From assembly GCA_035506195.1 (NCBI GenBank), contig DATJPV010000025.1, positions 22,494-86,493 of the forward strand: a stretch of 64,000 nucleotides of DNA. Direction: 5' to 3'. This stretch comes from Patescibacteria group bacterium (GTDB lineage: Bacteria > Omnitrophota > Gorgyraeia > Gygaellales > Profunditerraquicolaceae). The notes below the pieces were generated by a model, which did not search any database, was not told the origin of the DNA, and worked only from the letters and a program-made list of their open reading frames with translations. Position numbers and translations under genes: made by a program. Positions 48,186-58,132 of this stretch are shown in pieces. Every line of letters begins with the position of its first letter. The first letter of the stretch is position 1.

Positions 48186-48582
48186 TAGTCGAGGCCAGAT
48201 TGACGTTCTTGATCCCCAGCTCGTTGAGCGCATCAAGCGCTTCGACTATGTCTTTGAACCTGACGAACTTGTCGGCGCGCAGGATGATGATGAGCGCGGG
48301 GTTATCTCTGTACAGCAGGCGTATCTTGTGTTTCATCTCTTTTCTGGTAACGACTGCGTTGTCCAGATACATGACGCCTTCATTGGTTATGGTGATGGAG
48401 GCCTGAACCACGTCTTCGATGGGCTTAGCGCTCCTTGTTTCGGGAAGGCTGACCCTGATACTGGATTGGAATATCAGGGGCGTGGCGATCATGAATATGG
48501 TCAAAAGCACCAGGATCACGTCGGTAAAAGGCGTTATGTTTATTTCCGCCATTACCCGCTGTTTTCTGTCTCTTCTGTTCAT
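48175..48582 (-). CDS. exbD: ExbD/TolR family protein
   Basis: EINITPFTDVILVLLTIFMIATP, VSLP, LRADK. Confidence 0.85.
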   Translation of the reverse strand: MNRRDRKQRVMAEINITPFTDVILVLLTIFMIATPLIFQSSIRVSLPETRSAKPIEDVVQASITITNEGVMYLDNAVVTRKEMKHKIRLLYRDNPALIIILRADKFVRFKDIVEALDALNELGIKNVNLASTNEE

Positions 48583-49208
48583 TTTTGTTTACTCGTTAAG
48601 AGGTCGTTCACCTCGGAGGCGCACAGCTCCATATCGGTGACAAAGTTGTCTATCTTTTTGACGAAGTAGTTATACGCAATGACCGCGGGAACGGCCACAA
48701 GCAGGCCTGCCGCGGTGCAGATCAGGGCTTCGGATATGCCGCTGATAACGATATTGATCCCGGCGGCCCGGTTTACCGAAATATCGCGGAAGGCCCGGAT
48801 GATGCCCAGTACCGTGCCGAAGAGCCCGACGTAGACGGCAGTGCTGCCGATGGTGCCGACGATGCTGGTATACCGCTCAAGCTTGGTGGTCTCGATGGCG
48901 ATTGCCCGCTCCATGGCGTTGGAGATCGCTTTTTCATTCTGGCCGGAATGGATGATCCCCGCAGAAGCCACCGAGGCAAAAGGCGCATCGGTATTCTGGC
49001 ATATCTCGGAGGCCTTTTTGGTATTGCCTTTTTCCAGCTCCTTCTTCAGCTCCTCCAGGAATTCCGCTCTTTTTGCCTTTGCTTTCTTGCGGTAATAAAT
49101 AAACCGCTCCAGAAAAATGGTAAACGAAAAGATCGAACAGATCAAAAGGATATACATAGTAAACCCGCCGGCCTGAACCATCTGCCAAAGCGTTCTTTCG
49201 CTAAGCAT
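48579..49208 (-). CDS. exbB: MotA/TolQ/ExbB proton channel protein
   Basis: GLFGTVLGII, GISEALICTAAGLLVAVPA..AYN. Confidence 0.85.
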   Translation of the reverse strand: MLSERTLWQMVQAGGFTMYILLICSIFSFTIFLERFIYYRKKAKAKRAEFLEELKKELEKGNTKKASEICQNTDAPFASVASAGIIHSGQNEKAISNAMERAIAIETTKLERYTSIVGTIGSTAVYVGLFGTVLGIIRAFRDISVNRAAGINIVISGISEALICTAAGLLVAVPAVIAYNYFVKKIDNFVTDMELCASEVNDLLTSKQK

Positions 49209-49788
49209 CTTGCGCCTCCCTCTTAGAAAAGGTCCGTGTCAACTTGAAAGCCGCAACGCACAACAACAGAAAACCGATGACCAGCACCGTAGGCTTTGTG
49301 TACTTTACGATGGTAGTCCCGAACATGGCTAACAGATAGATCCTCGGCACAACCCCGATCAGCGTGCAGACGACAAAGGGGACCAGGGGCAGATTGGTGA
49401 TGCCGGCGGCAATGGAAAATACCTTAAAAGGTATGATGGGTAATATCCTGCCGATAAGCACGCCCCAGACGCCGTGTTTCCTGGCAAACGCCTCTGCCTT
49501 GTAAATATGGTGGGGTTTTATCAGTATGAACTTGCCGAACTTCAATATCACCGGCAGCGCCGCATACCTGCCCAGAAAGTAGCCGGCGAGGCCGCCGAGG
49601 GTCGAGCCCAGCGCGCCGAATACGACGATCGAAGCCAAAGGTATGCCGATCGCGCCCGCGCCGACGACGATCACCTCCGAAGGCAAAGGGATGATACTTG
49701 ACTCAAGGAACATGGCCAGGAACACCCCGAAGTCGCCGAACCGCTTAATCGTTTCTATCGCGTCGCTCTGCAGGACCTGTTCAAACAT
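49201..49788 (-). CDS. DedA family membrane protein
   Basis: MFLESSIIPLPSEV, GSTLG, GRILP, SIAAG. Start is the ATG at 49788. Confidence 0.85.
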   Translation of the reverse strand: MFEQVLQSDAIETIKRFGDFGVFLAMFLESSIIPLPSEVIVVGAGAIGIPLASIVVFGALGSTLGGLAGYFLGRYAALPVILKFGKFILIKPHHIYKAEAFARKHGVWGVLIGRILPIIPFKVFSIAAGITNLPLVPFVVCTLIGVVPRIYLLAMFGTTIVKYTKPTVLVIGFLLLCVAAFKLTRTFSKREAQDA

Positions 49789-50296
49789 CGGTTTTTGTTG
49801 TCCTCCCCAGGATCGAGCCGATCGCCGCACAGACGGCTCCGGCCGACCTTTCCACTTCCGGAGAAAAACGGCTCCCGAAGGCAAGCGTCTTGGGCTGGAT
49901 GCCGATAATGGTTATCGCGCACCCGATGGATTTAACCAGGTAATCGGCCAATATATTAAGAGGCAGGCTGTGCGTACAGGAAGAAAACCCGTCGATCCGG
50001 TCGGCAGGTATCAGCTTAACCGCGCCCGCCTCTGCGTTCATGTCGGCGGCATCGATGATGATCAACTGGCCCGGCTTGAATTTTTTGATCTGGCCGGTAA
50101 CATTTTCCGGGGCGGTAGCTCCGATAAAGACCTTGAATTTCTGCCGGCCCCTGCTACCGCGGAAATCCGCGGCCAGCCTCTTGGCGACCAGGATCCCGGC
50201 GGCATCGTCCCCGCGCAGCTCGGAACCGACTCCCAAGAGCGCGATCCTCTGCGCCCGGCTAAGCTGTTTCTTTAGGCTTGTCTTCAGGCTTTCCAC
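49781..50296 (-). CDS. hycI: Hydrogenase maturation endopeptidase (HycI-like)
   Basis: GVGSELRGDDAAG, TAPEN, IIDAAD, STH-like SCTHSLPL, GIQP. Confidence 0.88.
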   Translation of the reverse strand: MESLKTSLKKQLSRAQRIALLGVGSELRGDDAAGILVAKRLAADFRGSRGRQKFKVFIGATAPENVTGQIKKFKPGQLIIIDAADMNAEAGAVKLIPADRIDGFSSCTHSLPLNILADYLVKSIGCAITIIGIQPKTLAFGSRFSPEVERSAGAVCAAIGSILGRTTKTDV

Positions 50297-50639
50297 CGAA
50301 AACCACCTTCAATTGAGTCACATCCGTTTGCGCCAGCTCTACATCCTTAGTAAGCTCAAGGGCCTTCTTGAGGCAGGAGTCCACGCACTGGCCGCAATAG
50401 ATGCACCTTCCCAGGTGTATGACCGCTTCGAACTGCTTTGGGGCCGTTTCGTTGATGGTTATCGCGCCTGCAGGGCAATCCCGCATGCACAGCTTGCAGC
50501 CGATGCATTTCTGCGGGTCGAATACGAGCTTGCCCCTGATCTTTCCCGGCATCTCCAGCTTCTCATAAGGATACATATTCGTCGCCGGTTTCTTAAAAAG
50601 GGAATGCAGCACCTGACTGAGCATCCTGCCGGGGTTCAT
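50259..50639 (-). CDS. Group 4 hydrogenase 2x[4Fe-4S] subunit (NuoI/EchF-like)
   Basis: PATNMYP, CIGCKLCMRDCP, CIYCGQCVDSC. Confidence 0.9.
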   Translation of the reverse strand: MNPGRMLSQVLHSLFKKPATNMYPYEKLEMPGKIRGKLVFDPQKCIGCKLCMRDCPAGAITINETAPKQFEAVIHLGRCIYCGQCVDSCLKKALELTKDVELAQTDVTQLKVVFGGKPEDKPKETA

Positions 50640-51577
50640 CGCAATACTATCCCTTTCGCAAACAGGTTTATGAGAAGTTGCAGCAGTGCCAGCGGCACCA
50701 TGTATTTCCAGCAGAACCTGATCATCTGGTCGATGCGCAGGCGCGCAAATATCGTACGCAGCAGAGAAATGAGGCTAATGATGAAGAATACTTCCGCGAT
50801 GAAAATGACGAACCTGGCAAGCGGGCCCAGGCCCAAGCCGACCGGCATGAATACCGCCGCCAGCAGAGCAGCCCCGGCGACCATTTCGATGCAGAGCGTC
50901 AATCTGAAGAAGGCCAGGAACCTTCCGCTGTATTCCGTAAAGACGCCGGCAACGACCTCGGTTTCTGCCTCGGGTATATCGAAAGGCACCTTTTCCAACT
51001 TTCCCATAAGCGAGATCAACGAAACCGCAAAACCGATGATATTGAGCAGCCAGAAGAACGGCCTGTTGTTATAAAAAACCGTGATCCCGTACAGCGACCA
51101 GGTATCTGCCAGAAGCGCCGAAGACAGGATCCCCATGAACAGGGGGATCTCGTAAGCGAATAGCTGGGTTATCGCGCGCACGGAGCCGATCCTGGCGAAC
51201 AGCGACGTGGAATACCACCCTCCGATGAAGAACGTCATGGTAGGCAAGGTCAACAGGTACAGCACCACGATGATATCGCCGTTAAAAGAAAACAGCGCCT
51301 CGGTGTTCCAGAGCGGGATATACAAAAAAGCGGTTGCGGCGGAAGCCAGGGCGAATACCGGGGCAAGACAGAACATCGTTGCGTTGGCGTCTTTAGGGAT
51401 AACCTCTTCCTTAGCCAGCAGCTTGATAAAGTCCGCCAGGGGCTGGAACCAGGGAGGGCCGACCCTGTTCTGCAGGCGCGCATGCAATTTTCTGTCGAAA
51501 AAATCCGCAACAAGGCTGAGCGCGCTTACGAAAAGGAAACCCGGAAAGATCAGGATCGAGAATAGCGACTTTACCAT
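50636..51577 (-). CDS. Group 4 hydrogenase membrane subunit (NuoH/EchB-like)
   Basis: ARLQNRVGP, QPLADFIKLLAKE, PFDIPEAETE, EYSG, RLRIDQ. Confidence 0.9.
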   Translation of the reverse strand: MVKSLFSILIFPGFLFVSALSLVADFFDRKLHARLQNRVGPPWFQPLADFIKLLAKEEVIPKDANATMFCLAPVFALASAATAFLYIPLWNTEALFSFNGDIIVVLYLLTLPTMTFFIGGWYSTSLFARIGSVRAITQLFAYEIPLFMGILSSALLADTWSLYGITVFYNNRPFFWLLNIIGFAVSLISLMGKLEKVPFDIPEAETEVVAGVFTEYSGRFLAFFRLTLCIEMVAGAALLAAVFMPVGLGLGPLARFVIFIAEVFFIISLISLLRTIFARLRIDQMIRFCWKYMVPLALLQLLINLFAKGIVLR

Positions 51578-51578
51578 C

Positions 51579-52811
51579 TTATCCTATCGCCTTGGACAAC
51601 TTCTTATTCAACGCCGTAAAATCCGTTCCGCGGCTGCGGTGCCACTCTATACTATACTCATGCAGGGCCTGCCAAGTCAAGACCTGATGTGCGTCGTTAT
51701 CCAGCTGTTGTACGGATACCAGCCTGTCGGTACAGGAAAAACAGGGGTCTATCGCAGCGATGACGATGGGCATATCCGCCAGGTACCTGTCCTTAAGCAT
51801 GTGCTTGACCGCCTGCACATTGGCCAGGGTGGGTGCTCTGACCTTGACCCTTTCCGGCTTCTCCGTACCGTTGGATTTTACATAATGCATGTCTTCCCCC
51901 CGGGGGGCCTCATAACGGCTTACCGCCTCTCCGGCGGGGATCTTGCGCGGCGCCTTAACGGCAATGGGGCCGTCAGGCATGTTCTTAAGGCACTGACGGA
52001 CTATCTTATAGGCTTCCATCAGCTCTTTTACCCTCACTACCGTACGGCCATACACGTCGCTGTTGCTGTCCGTGATGACGTCGAAAGCCATCTCCGGGTA
52101 TGCGGCATAGGGGTCATCGCGCCTGGTGTCGCGGTCCACGTCGGAGGCGCGCGCAGTCGGGCCCACCGCGTCCAGCTTCAAGGCGTCCGGGTAATACAGC
52201 TTTCCTACTCCGGAGAGCCTTTTGATGATGCTAGTCTCCTGCGTGGCGACCTCGATATAATACTTGGTCCTCTCTTCGAGGATATCCATCCCCTTCAATA
52301 CCTCTGCGGCCTGTTCTGCGGTGATGTCGCGCCTTACTCCGCCGATGGTATTCATGCCGTAATTAACACGGTTACCCGTCAAAAGCGCCAAGAGGTCCAT
52401 AACGACCTCCCGGTCGCGCCACGTATACATAAGCAGGGTATCGAAGCCTATCTCATGGCCGGCCACGCCCAGCCAGAGCAGGTGGCTGTGCACGCGCTCC
52501 AATTCTGCGATCAGGGTGCGGATGTACAGCGCCCGCTTGGGCACTGCCAGGCCCGCGATCTCTTCGACCGCCTGCACAAAACAGGTAGAATGCGAATGCG
52601 AACAGATGCCGCAGACGCGTTCGATAAGATAGACATCCTGGGTGTAGGTTCTGTCTTCGCAGGCCTTCTCCACTCCGCGGTGGTTATAACCCAAGCGTAT
52701 CTCAACACCCAGAATCTTTTCCCCGCGCAGGGCTACGCTGAAGCTCTCCGGCTCTTTTAAGGCGGGGTGCTGCGGCCCCATGGGTATCTTGAATTTATCG
52801 GAATCATGCAT
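51579..52811 (-). CDS. Group 4 [NiFe]-hydrogenase large subunit (Mbh/Ech-like)
   Basis: GPQHP, HRGVEK, L1 motif RVCGICSHSH, L2 motif DPCFSCTDR plus a cleavable C-terminal tail. Start is the ATG at 52811. Confidence 0.93.
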   Translation of the reverse strand: MHDSDKFKIPMGPQHPALKEPESFSVALRGEKILGVEIRLGYNHRGVEKACEDRTYTQDVYLIERVCGICSHSHSTCFVQAVEEIAGLAVPKRALYIRTLIAELERVHSHLLWLGVAGHEIGFDTLLMYTWRDREVVMDLLALLTGNRVNYGMNTIGGVRRDITAEQAAEVLKGMDILEERTKYYIEVATQETSIIKRLSGVGKLYYPDALKLDAVGPTARASDVDRDTRRDDPYAAYPEMAFDVITDSNSDVYGRTVVRVKELMEAYKIVRQCLKNMPDGPIAVKAPRKIPAGEAVSRYEAPRGEDMHYVKSNGTEKPERVKVRAPTLANVQAVKHMLKDRYLADMPIVIAAIDPCFSCTDRLVSVQQLDNDAHQVLTWQALHEYSIEWHRSRGTDFTALNKKLSKAIG

Positions 52812-53259
52812 CGGAATGTCCTCCCTTCCAATCTTTGCGCAAAGGAAACTCCCCCGCCGGCCAGTCGTCGGTGAGAGGATAGCGGTTACCCGCAGGCAGC
52901 CCTTCCACCTTGGCACCGAACAGGTCCACCAGCTCTCTTTCGTAAATCTCCGCGCCGGGGAAATAGCTCATCACGGTTTTTATCACCGGGTTATCCTTGG
53001 GGGCGCTTGTCTTTATGTTCAACATGACCCCCTTTTGCGCCAGGTGATACAGGAAACTTAAATTATCCTGCTCATCGAGCCCGGTTATCGAGATCAAATG
53101 GGAGAATTTTAACTTTTGCACCGCATAGGCGAATACCTCTTCGAAATGCGCCAGGTCTACGTCCAGGAACAGGCGCCTTGGCCTGGCCAGCCGGACCTTG
53201 TTTTCCAGGTAACCGAAATTCTTGACGAGTTCCTGCACTATGTTTTCTTCTGTGGACAT
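52804..53259 (-). CDS. NuoC/EchD-like hydrogenase subunit
   Basis: ITGLD, YERELVDLFG, WPAGEFPLRKDW. Confidence 0.88.
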   Translation of the reverse strand: MSTEENIVQELVKNFGYLENKVRLARPRRLFLDVDLAHFEEVFAYAVQKLKFSHLISITGLDEQDNLSFLYHLAQKGVMLNIKTSAPKDNPVIKTVMSYFPGAEIYERELVDLFGAKVEGLPAGNRYPLTDDWPAGEFPLRKDWKGGHSDA

Positions 53260-53705
53260 TTTTTTCCTCCTCCTGCCGCCTCAAGGCTCGCCAGAAGCTT
53301 TACCGCGCCGTCGATTATCGCCTTGGGACTGGCAGGGCATCCGGGTATATACGCCGATACGGGGATGACCGCATTGATCCCTCCCCGTATATTGTAACAG
53401 CCGTTGAACACCCCGCCCGTGCACGCACAGGTGCCGACGGCAATAACGAACCGCGGCTCCGCCATCTGTTCGTATATCCTCTTGAGCCGGCATTCGATCT
53501 GCCGGGTAACCGGCCCGGAACAGACCAGTATATCCGCATGCCGGGGTGTGCCCTTGAGCTGCACGCCGAACCGCTCCAGGTCATAGCGGGGAGTAAGGGC
53601 AGCGATGATCTCGATATCGCAGGCATTGCATGCGCCGGTATTGAAATGCAGGATCCAGGGTGATTTTATTCTTGACCAGTTTACGATTCTAGTGATTACG
53701 CCCAT
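53238..53705 (-). CDS. Group 4 hydrogenase small subunit (NuoB/EchC-like)
   Basis: CNACDIE, TPRHAD, GTCACTGG, YIPGCPASP. Confidence 0.92.
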   Translation of the reverse strand: MGVITRIVNWSRIKSPWILHFNTGACNACDIEIIAALTPRYDLERFGVQLKGTPRHADILVCSGPVTRQIECRLKRIYEQMAEPRFVIAVGTCACTGGVFNGCYNIRGGINAVIPVSAYIPGCPASPKAIIDGAVKLLASLEAAGGGKKCPQKKT

Positions 53706-53711
53706 ACAAAG

Positions 53712-54044
53712 TTAACTCCTCAATAAGACATGCAGGCCGATGACCGCGCCGATGATATACAGGATCGCCAGGATAAACGTCTGGCTGGTTTGCACGGGAA
53801 CGGTATTCATGATCAGGGTGGCAACGTGCGCTATGGTAAAGAAAAAAGCAAAAGGGAAAAACGTGCTGTAGTCAGGCTGCGCCATATGGTCATAGTTGTC
53901 TTCCCCGCAGGCGTAGGACTTGCCTTCTCCCTCGGTATGCTTGCCGGGACGAAAGGAAAGCTTGGCGCACAGGCGCGAAAACAAAAAAGATGCCAGGAGT
54001 ATGATGATAAACGCCACCGGCGGGGAAAGCAGCCAATTCTCCAT
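53712..54044 (-). CDS. NuoA-like membrane subunit
   Basis: Three TM segments with a YACGE loop; lies within the hydrogenase operon. Confidence 0.7.
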   Translation of the reverse strand: MENWLLSPPVAFIIILLASFLFSRLCAKLSFRPGKHTEGEGKSYACGEDNYDHMAQPDYSTFFPFAFFFTIAHVATLIMNTVPVQTSQTFILAILYIIGAVIGLHVLLRS

Positions 54045-54054
54045 ATTCTTTCTT

Positions 54055-54375
54055 TTATCCTTTCAGGTTTCGTATTCTTCTGGTATCGAGGGACTCGTTG
54101 TAGCTGCGGATCCCCAGGACAACGCCGACCGCAACCGTCATCACGACGACCTCGATGACGATAAGGGTTATCACCAGCGCCTGCGCCAGCGCCGCATGAT
54201 ACGTTACGTATCCGACGGTAACCAACAGCAGCGTCACCGCCTTGAACAGCAGCTCAAGGCCGATAAGCGCCCGTATCAGGTTGCGCGTGACCAGCACGCA
54301 ATATAAGCCGACCACGGAGAGCATGATAATGAAAAGGCTAAACGGCCACAGTACCCCCAAGACCCCGTTACTCAC
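54055..54375 (-). CDS. NuoK/MnhC-like membrane subunit
   Basis: GLYC...NLIRALIGLELL, ITLIVIE, LKG C-terminus. GTG start at 54375 with a GTGA overlap. Confidence 0.8.
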   Translation of the reverse strand: MSNGVLGVLWPFSLFIIMLSVVGLYCVLVTRNLIRALIGLELLFKAVTLLLVTVGYVTYHAALAQALVITLIVIEVVVMTVAVGVVLGIRSYNESLDTRRIRNLKG

Positions 54376-54860
54376 TTCTTCACCCTCTCCTTGAACAGTA
54401 TGACCACGCCGAATACGCCGGTCAAAAGTACGATGATCTGGCCCATGACATCGACCTGCCTTAGGCTCCATAAGACATTGCGCGCCTCTTTTACCGCTTC
54501 GGGGGCAGGCAGGTCTATGGGCGGCTTTATTTTCAGCAGGCTTAAGATAACCCCTAACGCGATGAGTAAGAACGGCAGGAACCAGAACCTGGCACGCCGC
54601 TCTCTCATGTGCGCAAGTATCTCCTTGCGGGTCAGCGGATGCGTAAGGCTGATGGTACTGATGAACAACACCGAGATCAACCCGGTACATACCGACAGCT
54701 CAAAGACCGCCGCCAGAGAGGAATCCAGTCTGATCATGAGTATGGTCAATATCGCGCTGGTGAGGGCAAGCCCTATGGCCGAACGCAATAAGCTTCGCGT
54801 CAACACTGTCCAGAGCGAAGCTGCAAGCAGGCTCAAAAGGATGGCTATATTGACCGACAC
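54372..54860 (-). CDS. NuoJ/MnhB-like membrane subunit
   Basis: LLRSAIGLA, AAVFELSVCTGL, LWSLRQVD. Confidence 0.72.
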   Translation of the reverse strand: MSVNIAILLSLLAASLWTVLTRSLLRSAIGLALTSAILTILMIRLDSSLAAVFELSVCTGLISVLFISTISLTHPLTRKEILAHMRERRARFWFLPFLLIALGVILSLLKIKPPIDLPAPEAVKEARNVLWSLRQVDVMGQIIVLLTGVFGVVILFKERVKK

Positions 54861-54861
54861 G

Positions 54862-56286
54862 TTATCCCCCCAGTAAGTTGCCTTTTAAAAGGATGCTCAC
54901 AAAAGGAAAGAGCAACCCTACGCCGACCGTGATCACCGCCAGGATGAGCGCCGGAAGCATCAGGACGGGCCCGGCCTCCTCGATCTCAGCCATGTCCTGG
55001 CCTAGCTTCCCGAAGAAGATCTTTCTTTGCATGGTAAGAAGATACGCAAGCGTCAGGAGGCTTGCCAATACCGCCAACATCGCATACGCATAATGCCCCG
55101 AGGCCCACAGGGCGATGACGATGATCAATTTACTCCAAAAGCCTGCCAGGGGCGGTATCCCTGCGCAGGACAGGCTTGCCAGGACCGAAGTAAAGCCTGT
55201 CACCGGCATTCTTTTCGCCAGGCCCGATAGCTTATCCATCTGCACCGTCCCCGTCTCCAGCTCCACGGCCGCGGAGTCGACGAACAAAAGCGATTTAAAG
55301 ACCGCGTGGTTGAATACATGGAAAATCGCGCCGGCCAGGCCCAGCGGCGTAGCGGCCCCCAGGCCCAGCACGATGTAGCCTACCTGACTTATGCTGGAAT
55401 ACGCAAGCATGCGTTTAAGGTCGCGCTGCCCCAGGGCTGCCAGAGCCCCTGCGATCATCGAAACCGCCCCCAGCGCAAGCAGCAGATGCTGCAGGGAGCG
55501 GTCAAGCACGAATACCGAATTCACTATGCGTATCAGCGTATATACGCCGACGGTCTTTGTCGCAATCCCGGCTAAAAGCACCGATACCGATGTGGGCGCC
55601 GCAGAATAGACGTCGGGAAGCCAGCCGTGAAACGGCATGAGCCCCGCTTTAATGAAACAGGCACACAGGAAAATGCCGACCGCCAGGCTGATCAACAACC
55701 TGTGCGGGGACAGCCTCACGGTGGAGGCGATCGCCGAAAAGCTCGTATCTCCCGCAAGCAGCAGTATTATGGCGATCGACGAAAGCATCAACGCGGTAGC
55801 GATAACCGAAAGGATTATATATTTGAAAGCCGCCTCGAACGCATCCAGGTCCTGGTTGAACCCGATGAGGATAAAAGAGCTGACCGCGGTAATCTCCAGG
55901 AATACGTACAGCGAAAAGATATCCCTGACCATGACAATGCCGTTCATGCCGACCAAAATTATCAGCAGCATGTTCACGAAATTGAATATCCGTTCCTTGT
56001 CGCCGAGGATGGACTTCTGCACCAAGAGCGTCACGCACAGGATAAGGGCTATCGAAAACAAAAGCACGCGGCTGAGGTTATCCGCCGTAAAATCCAATTT
56101 AAAGAGCGTCTTGAAGATGTCGAAAAAGCTGCAGCCGGGAAAAATCGCAGAGAATACGACCAGGCACATCTGCGCAAGCAGCAACACAAGGCAGGCCCAA
56201 AAGGCCGCCTTTTTCATGGTGGTCCTGAACGGCAGATTCAGGATTATCACGCTAAAAAACGGTATCAGGATCAAGTACGCGTACAT
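54862..56286 (-). CDS. Mrp-antiporter-like proton-conducting subunit (NuoN/MrpD-like)
   Basis: FLEITA, AFKY, KAGLMPFHGWLPD, KRMLAYSSISQ, NHAVFK, GIPPLAGFWSK. Confidence 0.85.
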   Translation of the reverse strand: MYAYLILIPFFSVIILNLPFRTTMKKAAFWACLVLLLAQMCLVVFSAIFPGCSFFDIFKTLFKLDFTADNLSRVLLFSIALILCVTLLVQKSILGDKERIFNFVNMLLIILVGMNGIVMVRDIFSLYVFLEITAVSSFILIGFNQDLDAFEAAFKYIILSVIATALMLSSIAIILLLAGDTSFSAIASTVRLSPHRLLISLAVGIFLCACFIKAGLMPFHGWLPDVYSAAPTSVSVLLAGIATKTVGVYTLIRIVNSVFVLDRSLQHLLLALGAVSMIAGALAALGQRDLKRMLAYSSISQVGYIVLGLGAATPLGLAGAIFHVFNHAVFKSLLFVDSAAVELETGTVQMDKLSGLAKRMPVTGFTSVLASLSCAGIPPLAGFWSKLIIVIALWASGHYAYAMLAVLASLLTLAYLLTMQRKIFFGKLGQDMAEIEEAGPVLMLPALILAVITVGVGLLFPFVSILLKGNLLGG

Positions 56287-56293
56287 TGCGCTC

Positions 56294-58132
56294 CTACCTC
56301 GAACAAATCAAAAAGATCGTGACGACTATCAGCCCGATCAAAGACCAGCTTAAGTAAGTAGAATAATTTCCCGTATGCCATCTGCGGATGCGATGGCTCA
56401 AGGCAGCGGCCAGGTTAACCGTGAATCCGTCATACAGCCAGTCTATCGCCCTGTCGCACCAGAAGACGGCGCCTGCGACGTAGCCTGCTACTTTCAAACC
56501 TATATCATAAGGGTCGAAGAATCTTTTCTCGGCCTTTGCGTAGATCCCGGACAAGACGGGGGCGTAGTGGATATGGTCGGTGGCCTTCAGGGCGCTGCCC
56601 TTCTTTTTGGCCGCCCAAAGATGGCTCGCCAGGGCCGCAGCCAGCACGATCAGGGTGATTACCACAAGCAGCGTATTCTCCGGCAGGCCGGCGAAATCAT
56701 GGCCCTGCAGCCTGTACGGGCCGACGATGGGCTGGATAAGGGCGCGTAAAGGCAGATGATTGTATACGCCGAACAGGATGCATAAAAAGGCAATGCCCAG
56801 CATCGGCAGGAGCATGGAAAACGGTGCTTCTTTGACCTGTTTATTTTTTTCCTCTATTTTTCCCAGGAAGGCCGCATGCCCGAGCTTTAAGAATGATAGC
56901 GCGGTGAAAAACGACCCCAGGGCCGCAGCGCCGTAAAAGACCCAACCCCTCTGCAGCGCGCCGTCATACACAAGCTCTTTCGAGAAAAAGCCGTTTAAGG
57001 GAGGAACCCCGGAGATGGCAACTGCGCTTACGATAAAGCAGGCGAACGTCACCGGCATCCGGCTGCCGATACCGCCCAGCGCTGCCAGCTCGGTCGTGCC
57101 CGCCTGTTTTTCTACGGCGCCGCCGGTAAGGAACAGGCAGCTCTTGTAGAGCGCGTGGTTGATCATGTGGAACAGGCCGCCCACTATCCCCGCCGGGACT
57201 GCCGTGCCGATACCCAGGATCATATACCCCACCTGGCTGACGGCATGGTAAGACAATAACCGCTTATAATCCTTTTGGATCAATGCCATCATGACGGCAA
57301 AGAGTATGGTTACGGCTCCGACGGCCATCAGCAGGATGCTGACCGGCGAATCGGCTCCCAGGGCAAACATGTCCAGAGAGATCCTCGCCAATAGGTATAT
57401 CCCCAGGAGTTTTTCCAGTGCCGCAGGCACCAGGGCCATAAAAGGCAGAGGCGCATCAACCGCAGCGTCGGGGATCCAGCTGTGGAAGGGCATGGCGCCG
57501 GCCTTGGAGATCGCCCCGATCATCAACAGAATGAACCCCAGGCTCCCCCAGCCGTCCAGAGAAAGGTGTATCCGGGACATCTCCAGCGTCCCGGCAAGGC
57601 TGCCCGTCAGCGCCACCCCCAGCATCAGGCACAGGTCGGTAATGCCCACGATAACGAATGCCTTGGTGGCGGTCTTAAACGCAGCCTTGCTGGCGATGGC
57701 GATCATGCCGAAAAGGGCCAGAAGCAGCCCCTCCCAGAAGAAAAGCATCACTACTAAATTATCCGCAAGGACTGCGCCGCTGGTAAAAGAAACGTTCAAT
57801 AATAAATACGCGTAAAATTGCTTAAGGCAGGGCCTCTGCCGCATGAAGACGGTAGAATATAAGGCGATCAGGAACCCGAAGCCGGCAACGGCAAGAATGA
57901 TGAAGGCGCTAAAGTGGTATAACCTAAGCGAAAACTCAAGGCCCCAGCCAAGCCAGGGCAAGGAGAAAACGAGTTCCTTTTTGAACAGCCCGGCGGTCAG
58001 GGCCAGCTGCAACAGGACAGCTGTCAGGGCCAGGCCTTCGGTGATCGCCCGGAACCTCCGGGGAACCAACAGGACCAATACCCCGGCAAAGAAAGGAAGA
58101 AGTATGGGTAAAAGCAAGGTCATATCCGTCAT
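56294..58132 (-). CDS. Mrp-antiporter-like subunit (NuoL/MrpA-like)
   Basis: FFWE, KAGAMPFHSWIPDA, KRLLSYH, NHALYK, GVPPLNGFFSKE, HTG tail. Start is the ATG at 58132. Confidence 0.85.
   Translation of the reverse strand: MTDMTLLLPILLPFFAGVLVLLVPRRFRAITEGLALTAVLLQLALTAGLFKKELVFSLPWLGWGLEFSLRLYHFSAFIILAVAGFGFLIALYSTVFMRQRPCLKQFYAYLLLNVSFTSGAVLADNLVVMLFFWEGLLLALFGMIAIASKAAFKTATKAFVIVGITDLCLMLGVALTGSLAGTLEMSRIHLSLDGWGSLGFILLMIGAISKAGAMPFHSWIPDAAVDAPLPFMALVPAALEKLLGIYLLARISLDMFALGADSPVSILLMAVGAVTILFAVMMALIQKDYKRLLSYHAVSQVGYMILGIGTAVPAGIVGGLFHMINHALYKSCLFLTGGAVEKQAGTTELAALGGIGSRMPVTFACFIVSAVAISGVPPLNGFFSKELVYDGALQRGWVFYGAAALGSFFTALSFLKLGHAAFLGKIEEKNKQVKEAPFSMLLPMLGIAFLCILFGVYNHLPLRALIQPIVGPYRLQGHDFAGLPENTLLVVITLIVLAAALASHLWAAKKKGSALKATDHIHYAPVLSGIYAKAEKRFFDPYDIGLKVAGYVAGAVFWCDRAIDWLYDGFTVNLAAALSHRIRRWHTGNYSTYLSWSLIGLIVVTIFLICSR

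Noticed and set aside
51207-52760. 517-aa plus-strand ORF
   Set aside because: Antisense shadow of the hydrogenase large and NuoH-like subunits. It has no recognisable motifs, and such ORFs are expected from GC-rich codon bias.
54376-54690. Long N-terminal extensions in the ORF track (also btuB, TMTC-like, large subunit, NuoL-like, DedA)
   Set aside because: They overlap upstream genes. Downstream starts with an RBS or stop/start overlap give family-typical lengths, so these are neither fusions nor frameshifts.
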